Positions 17,153-26,933 of a stretch of DNA of 40,067 nucleotides are shown piece by piece. This DNA is from Armatimonadota bacterium (lineage in GTDB: Bacteria > Armatimonadota > Hebobacteria > CAIYQO01), in NCBI GenBank assembly GCA_038248345.1, contig JBBRXO010000012.1:1-40067 (forward strand), written 5' to 3'. The stretch's first letter is position 1. Each line of letters begins with the position of its first letter. The notes beneath the pieces were generated by a model. It did not search any database. It saw nothing but the letters and a program-made list of their open reading frames with translations, and was not told where the DNA came from. Made by a program: the position numbers and the translations under genes.

Positions 17153-20089
17153 TTATCGTTTTTCCGCCAACACCGCCAGCCCGTGCTCGCTGAAGTGTCC
17201 ACGCAAATCTCCTACGTATTCTTGCAATATCGACTTACCCAGGCCATCTTTGTCACCGCACCGATATAACGCACGCGCCAGGGTGATCTCGCGCACGGAG
17301 GCGTCTAGCTCTGCAATTCCGCCATTCAGTTGTCCTACCTTGGTTACCACGTGATTCCTCACGCCGGGAAGCGTAAGCAAGCGGGCCAGCGTATCCGCAC
17401 CCGCCGGGTCATCAATACGCTCCAACGCTATGGCAACGGCACGAAAAGCTCGCAACGAACTCTTCTCATCAAGTAGCGCCGCTTTGGCCGTTATTGCTGG
17501 TAGCGCCCGCTTGTCATGCATACATCCCAGGGCATATATCAGGCCCGACATATTTGTTTTCAGCCGCTTGGAGTCTGCTGGTAATGATCCCCGATTCCAG
17601 CCATCCTTGTTCACCGTCGCAATAATAGTATCAATACCGGTGGCATCACCGAGAACCGCCAGCAATTCCGCATATACCTGTTTGGCGTCACTAGTTCCCG
17701 CTGCGTAGGCTTTTTGCAACATCGGGATGGAATCCACCGGCTGCGCCAGCAACAACGGTACACCACGATAATTATCGGGAGCGCTGATGATGGCAGCCTC
17801 CAATTGCGCTTTTGCCAACGGATATGAATCCTGAAAGGTGACGTCTTTCGGCAATGCCCCCATGCTCACCAGGCGCTGTTGCAATATTTTGATATCAATA
17901 TTACGCGGTTTGACACCGGTATTTATCGCCTGCACCGCCGCTAATCCGGCAGCATACCCCTGATTCATCAGGTCACGCTGCATTCTTATTACCGGCAGTG
18001 CATCGCGATGGCAACTCACCCCTAACCCGGTCACCAGTATCCCCTCCAACCCAACTGGCAATAAGCACCGGTAGGGAGTGTAGGAATAGAACAGGTTTTC
18101 TGCCGGTAGCAATGGTAATTCAAAAAATGGATCAATAGTGTAACTGTGAGAATCACAATTGCTCTTTGACCAGACGATACTATCCGAAAAGATTCGCTCG
18201 TTCACTTGGTCCAGCACTGTCAACGAATAATCGCCGACGATACGCCGCCGCTCCCGTGTGCCGATGAGCGGAGCCAGGTCGAAGGCTTTCTGGAATGTTC
18301 GATCTGGATTCATCTTCACTGACACCAACAGGTTGGTGATATCAACCATATCGTTCTCATCTGCTATGGTGATCTCGGTTTCCTCTTTGTTGGTGTATTG
18401 TGGGTCAACATTGCGGGCGGCCACCCCGGTACGCTGCCAGGCGATATCCGAGGCATCGGTGGTAACGCACTTCGCTCCGGCAGCAGCGGCGATATCCGCA
18501 TTACCTGTCGAGTCGATCACGGTCTTCGCCAACACCACGCCGCGCCCCTGCGGCGTGGCCACGATGATGCCACGGACATCTCCCCCCTCTACAAAGGCCC
18601 CACAACCCAGCGTTCCCGTCCACACATCGGCCCCGGCAGTACGCAAGGTCTTTCGCCACCACTCCATGCGTTGGTTGGCCGACCACCAGTTACCGGTGCC
18701 ACCGGCTATCACCGGTACCTCACTGGCGAAACCCACCGGATTGCCGAACCAATAGCGGCTGATAAGTCCCACAGTACCTACACCGCCCAGGCCGCGCTGG
18801 TATTCTACCACCAGCGTCTTCGCCCCTGCACGGGCCGCGGATATCCCCGCTGGGCAACCACTGGTACCACCACCGACTACCACCACATCATACTGACCGA
18901 CAACGGGTAATGTGCGTGCGGGTGAGGGTAACTTGGGTAACTGCTGTGTCGGGCGCACGCCAATGAGGAATTCTGCGGTATCGCCATTGGCTATCGGCTG
19001 CCCCCAGGAGGACGCTAATTGCGGCATAACGGGTGTGCGGAGGTTATTAGCCTCCTTCCCCGCCGCTATGCCGACTATTTCACCAGCAGCTATGAATGCG
19101 TCTGGGCGCAGTAGTTTAGCCGCGGCCGTTCGTGAGACATCCGCACAACCATTCAGCACATATAATTGCTTCATGCCGCGCGGACGAAAGACGCCTACCG
19201 TGGATGCATCCATTCCGATAATTTGATCCGCGGGTACCTGAAAAAGCATCTCCGCCGCCGAGGCTTCAGTAGCATTATAGGTCATATCGCGGGCGAGGTG
19301 TTCCGCATTATTCAATGCTTGAAAACTCGCATCAGCTTGCGGCAACTCCAGCGTATACTCGGTCACCTGATAATTGATTTTCTTCCAGTATTTCGTCTCG
19401 TCAGCGCGTTCCATCTCCATCTCATCATCAATGGTGAAAGGCTGGCGACGCAACGTCACGCCCGGAGTTGACTTGGGAGTGGGCTTTTTTTCGGAGAGAA
19501 TGACGCGGGTAAAGGTCTGTTTGCCTGTGGGGAAATCGGTAAATTCGGCCCCCGCTTGTCGCGCCACCCAGGCATGGTCAGTAGCGTCGATGATAACCTT
19601 CGCCGTCACCGCCTGGCGTCCAGCACGATTGGCGATAACTATTCCGGCAGGGTTGCCATAGGCATCATGGAGAATATCGGTAACATACGAGCTATAGAGG
19701 AACTGTACGCCCGCATCGAGCAAAGCTTTGTCGAGGGTGCGCTTGATCACCATCGGCCGTGCCGGATTGCCGGATGCAAATATCTCCCGTCCCAGCGGCG
19801 TCTGCGCTACTTCACCAGGCTCCAGCCACAACCGATAGGTAGCTGTCATGTCCTCCCCGAGATAGGACTGTGGCGCCGCGAGAAAAACGTGCGCACCAGA
19901 TTGGGCGGCCGCTACGGCAGCGGCGACGGCCCCGGTACTGCCCCCGACCACCACGACATCTACCGAATAAGCAAGGGGGATTCCGCGTGCCGATTCACGC
20001 ACAGAGACACGAGACAACGGGGTGCTCGCCATACCAGAGAGACGCAAAAGTAATATAGCCAATACTGCCGCAAATAGCCATCGTCCCAT
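17153..20089 (-). CDS. FAD-dependent oxidoreductase (two modules + HEAT repeats), paralog 1
   Basis: Same architecture; GAGGTG SD before ATG 20089; signal-like MGRWLFAAVLAILLLRLSGMA. Confidence 0.9.
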   Translation of the reverse strand: MGRWLFAAVLAILLLRLSGMASTPLSRVSVRESARGIPLAYSVDVVVVGGSTGAVAAAVAAAQSGAHVFLAAPQSYLGEDMTATYRLWLEPGEVAQTPLGREIFASGNPARPMVIKRTLDKALLDAGVQFLYSSYVTDILHDAYGNPAGIVIANRAGRQAVTAKVIIDATDHAWVARQAGAEFTDFPTGKQTFTRVILSEKKPTPKSTPGVTLRRQPFTIDDEMEMERADETKYWKKINYQVTEYTLELPQADASFQALNNAEHLARDMTYNATEASAAEMLFQVPADQIIGMDASTVGVFRPRGMKQLYVLNGCADVSRTAAAKLLRPDAFIAAGEIVGIAAGKEANNLRTPVMPQLASSWGQPIANGDTAEFLIGVRPTQQLPKLPSPARTLPVVGQYDVVVVGGGTSGCPAGISAARAGAKTLVVEYQRGLGGVGTVGLISRYWFGNPVGFASEVPVIAGGTGNWWSANQRMEWWRKTLRTAGADVWTGTLGCGAFVEGGDVRGIIVATPQGRGVVLAKTVIDSTGNADIAAAAGAKCVTTDASDIAWQRTGVAARNVDPQYTNKEETEITIADENDMVDITNLLVSVKMNPDRTFQKAFDLAPLIGTRERRRIVGDYSLTVLDQVNERIFSDSIVWSKSNCDSHSYTIDPFFELPLLPAENLFYSYTPYRCLLPVGLEGILVTGLGVSCHRDALPVIRMQRDLMNQGYAAGLAAVQAINTGVKPRNIDIKILQQRLVSMGALPKDVTFQDSYPLAKAQLEAAIISAPDNYRGVPLLLAQPVDSIPMLQKAYAAGTSDAKQVYAELLAVLGDATGIDTIIATVNKDGWNRGSLPADSKRLKTNMSGLIYALGCMHDKRALPAITAKAALLDEKSSLRAFRAVAIALERIDDPAGADTLARLLTLPGVRNHVVTKVGQLNGGIAELDASVREITLARALYRCGDKDGLGKSILQEYVGDLRGHFSEHGLAVLAEKR

Positions 20090-20110
20090 CAGCCACCTCA
20101 AAATCCACGC

Positions 20111-21271
20111 TTACCCACCGAAGACTTCTTTAACATCATCAACAGCTTGCTTCACACGCTGGAATACGTTCTTCGGTTTATACTCAATATTTTCACCGCG
20201 CTCGGTCGCGAATTCGCGCAATAATTCCTTTTGCCTGGTGTCCAAATCCGTTGGCACCGTGATGTTCACCATCACATGCAGGTCGCCCCGATGCGGGTTA
20301 TTCACCACCGGCATCCCCTGGCCGCGCACACGGAAGATATGCCCTGGCTGCGTGCCCGGTGTGACTTCGATAGTTGTCTCGCCGTCCAGCGTCGGTACCG
20401 TCAGTTTGCCGCCCAGTACCGCCGTGGTAAAGGGGAGCTCCGCATGAGTCGCTAAATCCTGCGCGTGCCGTTCAAAACGCTCATGTGCGCGTATATTCAT
20501 CGCTACAAACAAATCGCCTGCCGAGGCGTTGCGCAATCCAGCATTACCTTTGCCGCGAAAGCGTACCCGCATTCCCTGGTCAACTCCGGTGGGAATACTT
20601 ACTTCCACTTCATCGTCCTTCCGGGTGCGCCCTTGCCCGCCGCAATCACCACATGGGTCATCTACAATTTCACCGCTACCATTGCAATTATCGCAGGGTA
20701 CTACGGTGCTGAATTGCATACCTAATATGGAATTTGTGGCCTGTCGGCGCTGCCCCATTCCGGCACAGGCAGTACAGGCGCGGGCGGTGCCTGTGCTGGA
20801 GCCGCGGCCGCCGCACTTCATGCAAGTTGCCAAGTGTGGTACATTGATAGTCTTCGTCGCGCCAAAGGCCGCTTCTTCCAACGTAATCTCAATATTGTAG
20901 AGGAGATCGTCACCGCGCGGATCCGGTTTACCGCCACGGGTCATCCCACCCCCGCCAAAAAAGGCATCGAAGATATCGTTGACGTCGCCGAAAGGAGAGC
21001 CGCCGGCATATTGCCCGCCGCCGCCACCGCCGCCCATGGAGCCATCAAACGCTGCGTGACCATAACGGTCATAGGCCGCGCGTTTTTGCGGGTCGCTAAG
21101 CGCTTCGTAGGCTTCACCCAGCTCTTTGAAATTCTCCTCGGCATGAGGATCGTCTTTGTTGACGTCCGGATGATGGTGCCGCGCCGATTTGCGATAGGCC
21201 TTCTTTATCTCTTCCGGTGACGCATCTCTACCGATGTGCATAACATCATAATAATCGCGTTTTGTGGCCAT
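20111..21271 (-). CDS. dnaJ: Molecular chaperone DnaJ
   Basis: J-domain with HPD, G/F-rich region, four CxxCxGxG repeats, C-terminal substrate domain. Confidence 0.97.
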   Translation of the reverse strand: MATKRDYYDVMHIGRDASPEEIKKAYRKSARHHHPDVNKDDPHAEENFKELGEAYEALSDPQKRAAYDRYGHAAFDGSMGGGGGGGQYAGGSPFGDVNDIFDAFFGGGGMTRGGKPDPRGDDLLYNIEITLEEAAFGATKTINVPHLATCMKCGGRGSSTGTARACTACAGMGQRRQATNSILGMQFSTVVPCDNCNGSGEIVDDPCGDCGGQGRTRKDDEVEVSIPTGVDQGMRVRFRGKGNAGLRNASAGDLFVAMNIRAHERFERHAQDLATHAELPFTTAVLGGKLTVPTLDGETTIEVTPGTQPGHIFRVRGQGMPVVNNPHRGDLHVMVNITVPTDLDTRQKELLREFATERGENIEYKPKNVFQRVKQAVDDVKEVFGG

Positions 21272-21307
21272 GGTTGCTCTTTAAGTTCCCTCTATGGGAT
21301 ACACACA

Positions 21308-21331
21308 GAAGGCGCCGAACCCGGCGCCTTC
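21308..21331. terminator. GC-rich hairpin between rpoZ and dnaJ
   Basis: GAAGGCGCCG / CGGCGCCTTC 10-bp stem; weak U tract on the minus strand. Confidence 0.5.
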
Positions 21332-21369
21332 AAAACTATTTGTTGTTCAATAAGAGATCGACGCCTGCT

Positions 21370-21591
21370 CTACTCTTCTATCACTGTATCGAGTAGTTTT
21401 ACCTTGCCATCTTCAATCTCATGTAGCGCTCTCCCGATCAAGTTAGAGATGTTGATGTCGCCTAAGCGGGTCTGGGCATCTTTCAGTTGGCGTGCACGCT
21501 GCGATACCGCCACTACCACTGCGTACTTCCCCATGCGTCGGGAAAGGCGATCAATATTTACTCGCGCCCGTGGCACGTTTTGTCCTGGCAT
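21370..21591 (-). CDS. rpoZ: RNA polymerase omega subunit
   Basis: KYAVVVAVSQRARQL...ALHEIEDGKV; GGAGGT SD before ATG 21591. Confidence 0.9.
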   Translation of the reverse strand: MPGQNVPRARVNIDRLSRRMGKYAVVVAVSQRARQLKDAQTRLGDINISNLIGRALHEIEDGKVKLLDTVIEE

Positions 21592-21637
21592 AAGCACCTC
21601 CATTAAACAGAACGACGACTAATCGCTCCAAGTATGA

Positions 21638-21667
21638 ATTATAGTGTTATTGGCGATAAAATGTCAA
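21638..21667 (-). promoter_or_regulatory. Consensus sigma70 promoter of rpoZ(-dnaJ)
   Basis: TTGACA, 18 bp, TATAAT. Confidence 0.8.
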
Positions 21668-21759
21668 ATTTTTGACCGTACCTTCTCCCCTTTCCACTGG
21701 TCGTTCACGGCTCAACACAACACTGTTGGAGCAAAAATAGATTATTTTCCGTTAAGGGG

Positions 21760-21788
21760 TTGACGTGAGGCGGGTTTTTTCTTATACT
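21760..21788 (+). promoter_or_regulatory. sigma70 promoter of the tRNA operon
   Basis: TTGACG, 17 bp, TATACT, with an AT-rich upstream tract. Confidence 0.8.
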
Positions 21789-21883
21789 TACCTCGTTGTC
21801 AGGGAGCGGGACAGTTCGGGGAAACCTGAAATCCGCACGGCACCGGGACGCTCGATGCCATATGGCGTGAGAGTTCTACCCGT

Positions 21884-21959
<76 letters not shown>

Positions 21960-21973
21960 GGACAATTAGGCGC

Positions 21974-22052
21974 GGAACCGTGGTGTAGCCAGGTTTAACA
22001 CATCGGACTGTCACTCCGAAGAGCGCGGGTTCAAATCCCGTCGGTTCCGCCA
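21974..22052 (+). tRNA. tRNA-Asp (GTC)
   Basis: GGAACCG/CGGTTCC acceptor, anticodon loop CTGTCAC, TTCAAAT T-loop, encoded CCA. Confidence 0.98.
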
Positions 22053-22155
22053 ATTCTTCTTACTCCATGAGGGTGATCATAACCCTCCACCTCCACCAGT
22101 TATCCATCCAAGGCGTAGTAATTCGACATCGTTTGGTGTTGCACTGCGATAATTG

Positions 22156-22183
22156 TTCCAAGTTCCAAGTTTCAAATTCCAAA
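22156..22183. repeat. Tandem heptamer repeat (TTCCAAG-like x4)
   Basis: ttccaag ttccaag tttcaaa ttccaaa. Confidence 0.75.
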
Positions 22184-22259
22184 GCTGGTTTAGAGTTTTC
22201 GTACCCGTTAGCATCATTCCCCGCCTTTAAGGACGGGGCTATCATCATGCTCCCCCCCC

Positions 22260-22288
22260 TTCCCACACCTCTATCATAGTGCTATACT
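22260..22288 (+). promoter_or_regulatory. Extended -10 promoter of the thuA-like operon
   Basis: TTCCCA, 17 bp, TGcTATACT. Confidence 0.55.
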
Positions 22289-22324
22289 TTGCCGCGGTAT
22301 AGACAAATAAGTAGGAGTTTCACT

Positions 22325-22972
22325 ATGAAGACAGCGTTGATGGTCTGGGGCGGGTGGGACGGCCACGAGCCCAAACAGTGCGTGGATATTTTCGCGCCTT
22401 TCCTTACAGAGCAGGGGTACGATGTCCGTATCTCTGATACTCTCGATGTCTATCTGGATGCAGATTATATGGCATCGCTTTCACTCGTTGTGCCGGTGTG
22501 GACGATGGGAGAAATTACCGGCGAACAGGAGACCGGGTTGCTGAGCGCCATCCGTAGTGGTGTGGGTGTGGCGGGCTGGCACGGCGGCATGGGCGATTCC
22601 TTCCGCAATAACACCGAGTACCAATTCATGGTGGGCGGCCAGTGGGTGGCACATCCCGGCGGCATCATTGATTACCGCGTGAATATCATTGATCACAACG
22701 ACCCCATCACTGCCAGTTTAGCCGATTTCGACATGCGCTCCGAGCAGTATTATCTGCACACTGACCCATCTAATGAAGTGCTGGCCACCACCACCTTCAC
22801 CAGCCAGGAGAACTACGAGTGGATCGCCGGTTGCATCATGCCGGTAGTATGGAAACGCAGCCGGGGCAGCGGGCGAGTATTCTACACCTCCCTCGGCCAT
22901 GTTGCTGATGATTTCAAAGTAGCGGAAGCCAAAACAATCGTCGAGCGCGGTATGCTCTGGGCAAGTAAATAA
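22325..22972 (+). CDS. ThuA-like (class I glutamine amidotransferase-like) domain protein
   Basis: [52 protein letters not shown]. Confidence 0.9.
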   Translation: MKTALMVWGGWDGHEPKQCVDIFAPFLTEQGYDVRISDTLDVYLDADYMASLSLVVPVWTMGEITGEQETGLLSAIRSGVGVAGWHGGMGDSFRNNTEYQFMVGGQWVAHPGGIIDYRVNIIDHNDPITASLADFDMRSEQYYLHTDPSNEVLATTTFTSQENYEWIAGCIMPVVWKRSRGSGRVFYTSLGHVADDFKVAEAKTIVERGMLWASK

Positions 22973-22981
22973 GGAGTCACT

Positions 22982-24085
22982 ATGGAAAAGATAAAAGTTG
23001 GCGTAATCGGTTGTGGCAATATCAGCTCAATCTATCTGCAGAATATCCCGCGCTTCCAACTGCTGGAACTCGCGGCGTGTGCCGACCTGGACATGAGCCG
23101 GGCGCAGGCACAGGCGGAGAAGTACAACGTCGGACGTGCCTGCACAGTAGACGAAATGCTCGCCGACCCGGAGATCAATATAGTCGTCAATCTGACTATC
23201 CCGCGTGCTCATGCCGAGGTGGCGCTACAGGCGATCGCCGCGGGCAAAAGCGTGTACAATGAAAAACCGTTAGCAATCACCCGCGAAGACGGGATGAAGA
23301 TCCTCACCGCGGCCAAGGCCAAGGGTGTCCGCGTCAGCAACGCCCCGGACACTGTCCTCGGTGGCGGCATTCAAACCTGCCTTAAACTCATCAATGATGG
23401 CTGGATTGGCGAACCTATTGGATGCACTGCTTTTATGACCTGTCATGGTCATGAAAGTTGGCATCCGGATCCTGAATTCTATTACAAAGTCGGCGGCGGG
23501 CCGATGTTCGACATGGGGCCCTATTACCTGACAGCGCTTGTGATGCTCATGGGGTCTGTGAAGCGGGTGACCGGGTCAACGCGGGTATCATTCCCCGAGC
23601 GCACCATCACCAGCGAGGCAAAACGCGGCACCGTAATGACGGTTGATGTTCCTACCCATGTGGTGGGAATACTCGACTTCGACAACGGCGCTATCGGAAA
23701 TATCATCACCAGTTTCGATGTCTGGTCGGCAAATTTACCGAACATCGAGATTTACGGCACACTGGGCAGCTTAAGCGTACCTGACCCCAACGGATTCGGT
23801 GGCCCAGTTAAATTACGCATCGGTGGCGCCAGTGAATGGTCTGAAATGCCACTCACCCACGGCTATGCCGAGAATTTCCGTGGTATCGGCGTGGCGGACA
23901 TGGCCTACGGCATCAGCACCGGCCGCCCGCACCGCGTCAATGGCGAGTTGGGGTACCACGTGCTGGACATCATGCACGCCATCCACGACTCTTCCCTGGA
24001 AGAGAAGCATATCAAACTAACCAGCGGCATCACCCGCCCTACCCCACTGCCAATGGGATTATTGGAAGGGTTACTGGACGAGTAG
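22982..24085 (+). CDS. Gfo/Idh/MocA oxidoreductase, tandem paralog A
   Basis: [43 protein letters not shown]. Confidence 0.94.
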   Translation: MEKIKVGVIGCGNISSIYLQNIPRFQLLELAACADLDMSRAQAQAEKYNVGRACTVDEMLADPEINIVVNLTIPRAHAEVALQAIAAGKSVYNEKPLAITREDGMKILTAAKAKGVRVSNAPDTVLGGGIQTCLKLINDGWIGEPIGCTAFMTCHGHESWHPDPEFYYKVGGGPMFDMGPYYLTALVMLMGSVKRVTGSTRVSFPERTITSEAKRGTVMTVDVPTHVVGILDFDNGAIGNIITSFDVWSANLPNIEIYGTLGSLSVPDPNGFGGPVKLRIGGASEWSEMPLTHGYAENFRGIGVADMAYGISTGRPHRVNGELGYHVLDIMHAIHDSSLEEKHIKLTSGITRPTPLPMGLLEGLLDE

Positions 24086-24091
24086 ACATCT

Positions 24092-24139
24092 ATAACTTGT
24101 GCGTCCCGCCTATGAGCACGGGTGGGACGCACATGCTGC
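24092..24139. repeat. Degenerate REP family C inverted doublet
   Basis: tgtgcgtcccgcc...ggtgggacgcacatgctgc, similar to 6159-6181. Confidence 0.65.
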
Positions 24140-24201
24140 AATCCTACTTGCATTGATCTCTCATAAATGCGCCTCTACACCTGCCTTCATCCCCGCTCAT
24201 C

Positions 24202-24230
24202 TTTAACAACGCCCGCCAATCTGCTATAAT
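24202..24230 (+). promoter_or_regulatory. Extended -10 promoter of paralog B
   Basis: TTTAAC, 17 bp, TGcTATAAT. Confidence 0.65.
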
Positions 24231-24262
24231 CAGCCATCATCATCTCGAAAGGTGTCTGTAGC

Positions 24263-25366
24263 TTGAAACAATTAACTGTTGGCGTCATAGGTTGCGGCAA
24301 TATTTGCGGGATTTACTTCACGAATATGCCCACCTTCCCTGTTCTGCGCGTGCGAGCGTGTGCGGATATTGACATGGCGAAGGCGCGTGAGAAAGCCGAA
24401 GAGCATGGCATTACCGCCATGACTGTGGAAGAGATTCTCGCTGACCCGGAGATCGACATCATCTTAAACCTGACGATCCCGAAGGTTCATGCAGAAATCG
24501 CGCTGCGTGCCATCGCCGCCGGCAAACATGTTTATAACGAGAAACCGTTGGCAATAGCTCGCGAAGATGCGCAGCATTTACTCGCGGCCGCTGCAGCTAA
24601 AGGGCTTCGCGTCGGTTGCGCGCCAGATACCGTCCTCGGCGGCGGTCACCAGACCTGCCGCAAGCTGATCGCTGACGGCTGGATCGGCACCCCCGTCGCA
24701 GCTACCGCCTTTATGGTGTGTGGTGGGCCAGAGGGTTGGCATCCCAATCCCGGCTTTTTCTATCAGGCAGGAGGCGGCCCGATGTTCGACATGGGCCCCT
24801 ATTATCTCACCTCGCTCCTCTCTTTCCTCGGCACCGTGCGTCGCGTCACCGGGTCGGCGCAGATCAGCTCCCCGGAACGGATAGCGTGCAGCAAGGATAT
24901 CTTCGGCACGCGTATCCCAGTAGAGATACCCACGCATATCGCAGGCGTGCTGGACTTCGCCGCTGGCGTTGTGGCTACCGTTATCATGAGCTTTGATGCC
25001 CCCGGCGGCGGCAATCTACCGTTTATCGAAATATATGGCACCCAGGGGACATTGAGCGTACCGGATCCCAACTATTTCGGCGGTACCCCGCGCATTCGTC
25101 GTAGCGGCCAAAGTGAATGGATGGATATCCCGCTCACCCATAATTATACCGATAACAATCGCGGCTTAGGCATTGCCGATATGGCCACCGCCATCATCAG
25201 CGGGCGTCCGCACCGCGCCAACGGCGAGATGGCCTATCACGTGTTGGATATCATGCACGCTGTCCATGATTCCTCACGCGACGGGAAACATGTGGATATG
25301 ACCAGTAGCATCACCCGCCCGGCTCCGATGGTGATGGACATGCTGGTCGGTATTCTCGACGACTAG
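24263..25366 (+). CDS. Gfo/Idh/MocA oxidoreductase, tandem paralog B
   Basis: Same length (367 aa) and motifs as paralog A; TTG start with AAAGGTG SD. Confidence 0.93.
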   Translation: MKQLTVGVIGCGNICGIYFTNMPTFPVLRVRACADIDMAKAREKAEEHGITAMTVEEILADPEIDIILNLTIPKVHAEIALRAIAAGKHVYNEKPLAIAREDAQHLLAAAAAKGLRVGCAPDTVLGGGHQTCRKLIADGWIGTPVAATAFMVCGGPEGWHPNPGFFYQAGGGPMFDMGPYYLTSLLSFLGTVRRVTGSAQISSPERIACSKDIFGTRIPVEIPTHIAGVLDFAAGVVATVIMSFDAPGGGNLPFIEIYGTQGTLSVPDPNYFGGTPRIRRSGQSEWMDIPLTHNYTDNNRGLGIADMATAIISGRPHRANGEMAYHVLDIMHAVHDSSRDGKHVDMTSSITRPAPMVMDMLVGILDD

Positions 25367-25506
25367 GCTTACCAGCTTGAGGGGCGTAGTTCCCCAATAA
25401 ACATCAGCAACTGATATTGTTGTACAATATAGAAAAAGGTTAACACATCGGTAACAATCGCAGGTGATAATAATAATGGCATATTGCGACCGCAGGAGGT
25501 AATACT

Positions 25507-26832
25507 ATGGGCAGCATGAAAGAATGGGTCTCGAAACAGATTGAAGACCGCGACGTGAAGTTCGTCAAGCTGTGGTTTACCGATATCCTCGGTTTCCTGA
25601 AAAGCTTCAGCATCCCGGTGGAGGAGCTTGATTGCGCGCTGGAAGAGGGCGTGGGCTTTGACGGCTCCTCCATTAAGGGTTTCACACGGATTGATGAGAG
25701 TGATATGCTTGCCGTCCCTGATCCCAGCACCTTCGCTATACTGCCCTGGCGTCCCGCGGAGAACTCGGTGGCGCGCATGTTCTGCGACATCACCAACCCG
25801 GACGGAACCCCCTACGTGGGCGATCCGCGCCAGGTGCTCAAACGCAACCTGAAGAAAGCCTCGGAGATGGGCTTCACCATGTATGTCGGCCCGGAGGCGG
25901 AATATTTCTACTTCCGCAGTTCCGAGGAGCCAATCCCGCTCGACCAAGGCGGCTATTTTGACCTAATCCCCCGCGATGAAGCGATGGACCTGCGCCGCGA
26001 GACGGTGCTGGCGCTGGAGCAACTGGGCATCAGTGTGCAGTTCAGCCACCATGAGACCGCCCCCAGCCAGCACGAGATCGACCTGCGCTACACCGACGCC
26101 CTCACCATGGCGGACACCATGATGACCTACCGGCTGGCGGTGAAAGAGATCGCCTATACGCACGGTTGCTACGCCACCTTCATGCCCAAGCCGATGCAGA
26201 AGTACAATGGCTCTGGAATGCATGTGCATCAGTCGCTCTTCCGCGGCGAGAACAACGCCTTCCACGATCCTGATGGCGAATTCTATTTAAGCGAAATCGG
26301 CCGGCAGTATATCGCCGGTATCCTGAAATACGTGCCGGAATTCACCGCCGTTACCAACCAGTGGGTCAACTCTTATAAGCGTTTGATCCCCGGTTTTGAG
26401 GCCCCCGTGTACATCTCCTGGGCGCAGCGCAACCGGTCAAATCTGGTGCGCATCCCGATGGTGAAACCCGGTAAAGAGAGCGCCACCCGCATCGAACTGC
26501 GCAGCCCGGATCCGGCGTGCAACCCTTACCTGGCCTTCTCGGTGATGCTGGCCGCCGGTCTGCGCGGCATCGAGGAGAAGCTGGAATGTCCGTTGCCCCA
26601 TGATTTCGACCTGTTTGCCCTCACCCAGGCACAGCGGAATGAACTGGGCATCCAGGCGCTTCCCGGCAGCCTGAAAGAGGCAGTCGACCTCTGCGAATGC
26701 TCGGAACTGGTGCGTGATACCCTGGGCGAGCACGTCCATAAAGAGTTTATCGCCAACAAACGGCTGGAGTGGGAGCGCTACCGCACCCACGTCACTGACT
26801 TTGAGATAAATGAATATTTGCCGCTCTTATAG
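25507..26832 (+). CDS. glnA: Glutamine synthetase type I-alpha
   Basis: FDGSSI, HHETAPSQHEID, ATFMPKP..NGSGMHVHQS, PGFEAP, RIELRSPD; GGAGGT SD. Confidence 0.93.
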   Translation: MGSMKEWVSKQIEDRDVKFVKLWFTDILGFLKSFSIPVEELDCALEEGVGFDGSSIKGFTRIDESDMLAVPDPSTFAILPWRPAENSVARMFCDITNPDGTPYVGDPRQVLKRNLKKASEMGFTMYVGPEAEYFYFRSSEEPIPLDQGGYFDLIPRDEAMDLRRETVLALEQLGISVQFSHHETAPSQHEIDLRYTDALTMADTMMTYRLAVKEIAYTHGCYATFMPKPMQKYNGSGMHVHQSLFRGENNAFHDPDGEFYLSEIGRQYIAGILKYVPEFTAVTNQWVNSYKRLIPGFEAPVYISWAQRNRSNLVRIPMVKPGKESATRIELRSPDPACNPYLAFSVMLAAGLRGIEEKLECPLPHDFDLFALTQAQRNELGIQALPGSLKEAVDLCECSELVRDTLGEHVHKEFIANKRLEWERYRTHVTDFEINEYLPLL

Positions 26833-26858
26833 AAAAAACCTGATTCTATCATTTTTTC

Positions 26859-26867
26859 TGGTATAAT
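26859..26867 (+). promoter_or_regulatory. Extended -10 element upstream of the PAS-HisKA gene
   Basis: TGgTATAAT. Confidence 0.5.
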
Positions 26868-26933
26868 ATGGTATAGCCTTAATATGGTGGTCTTACTGAG
26901 AGTACCATATAGAAAAATTGGACGGCATTTAAG

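Noticed and set aside
21800..21880. c-di-GMP-I riboswitch or T-box in the tRNA leader
   Set aside because: A GAAA tetraloop and GGGACGC are present, but the flanking GCAAA elements and the T-box consensus are not.
22053..22266. Possible island integrated at tRNA-Asp, and a 68-aa minus-strand ORF
   Set aside because: No integrase and no duplicated tRNA 3' end seen in the window; the ORF spans heptamer and hairpin repeats.
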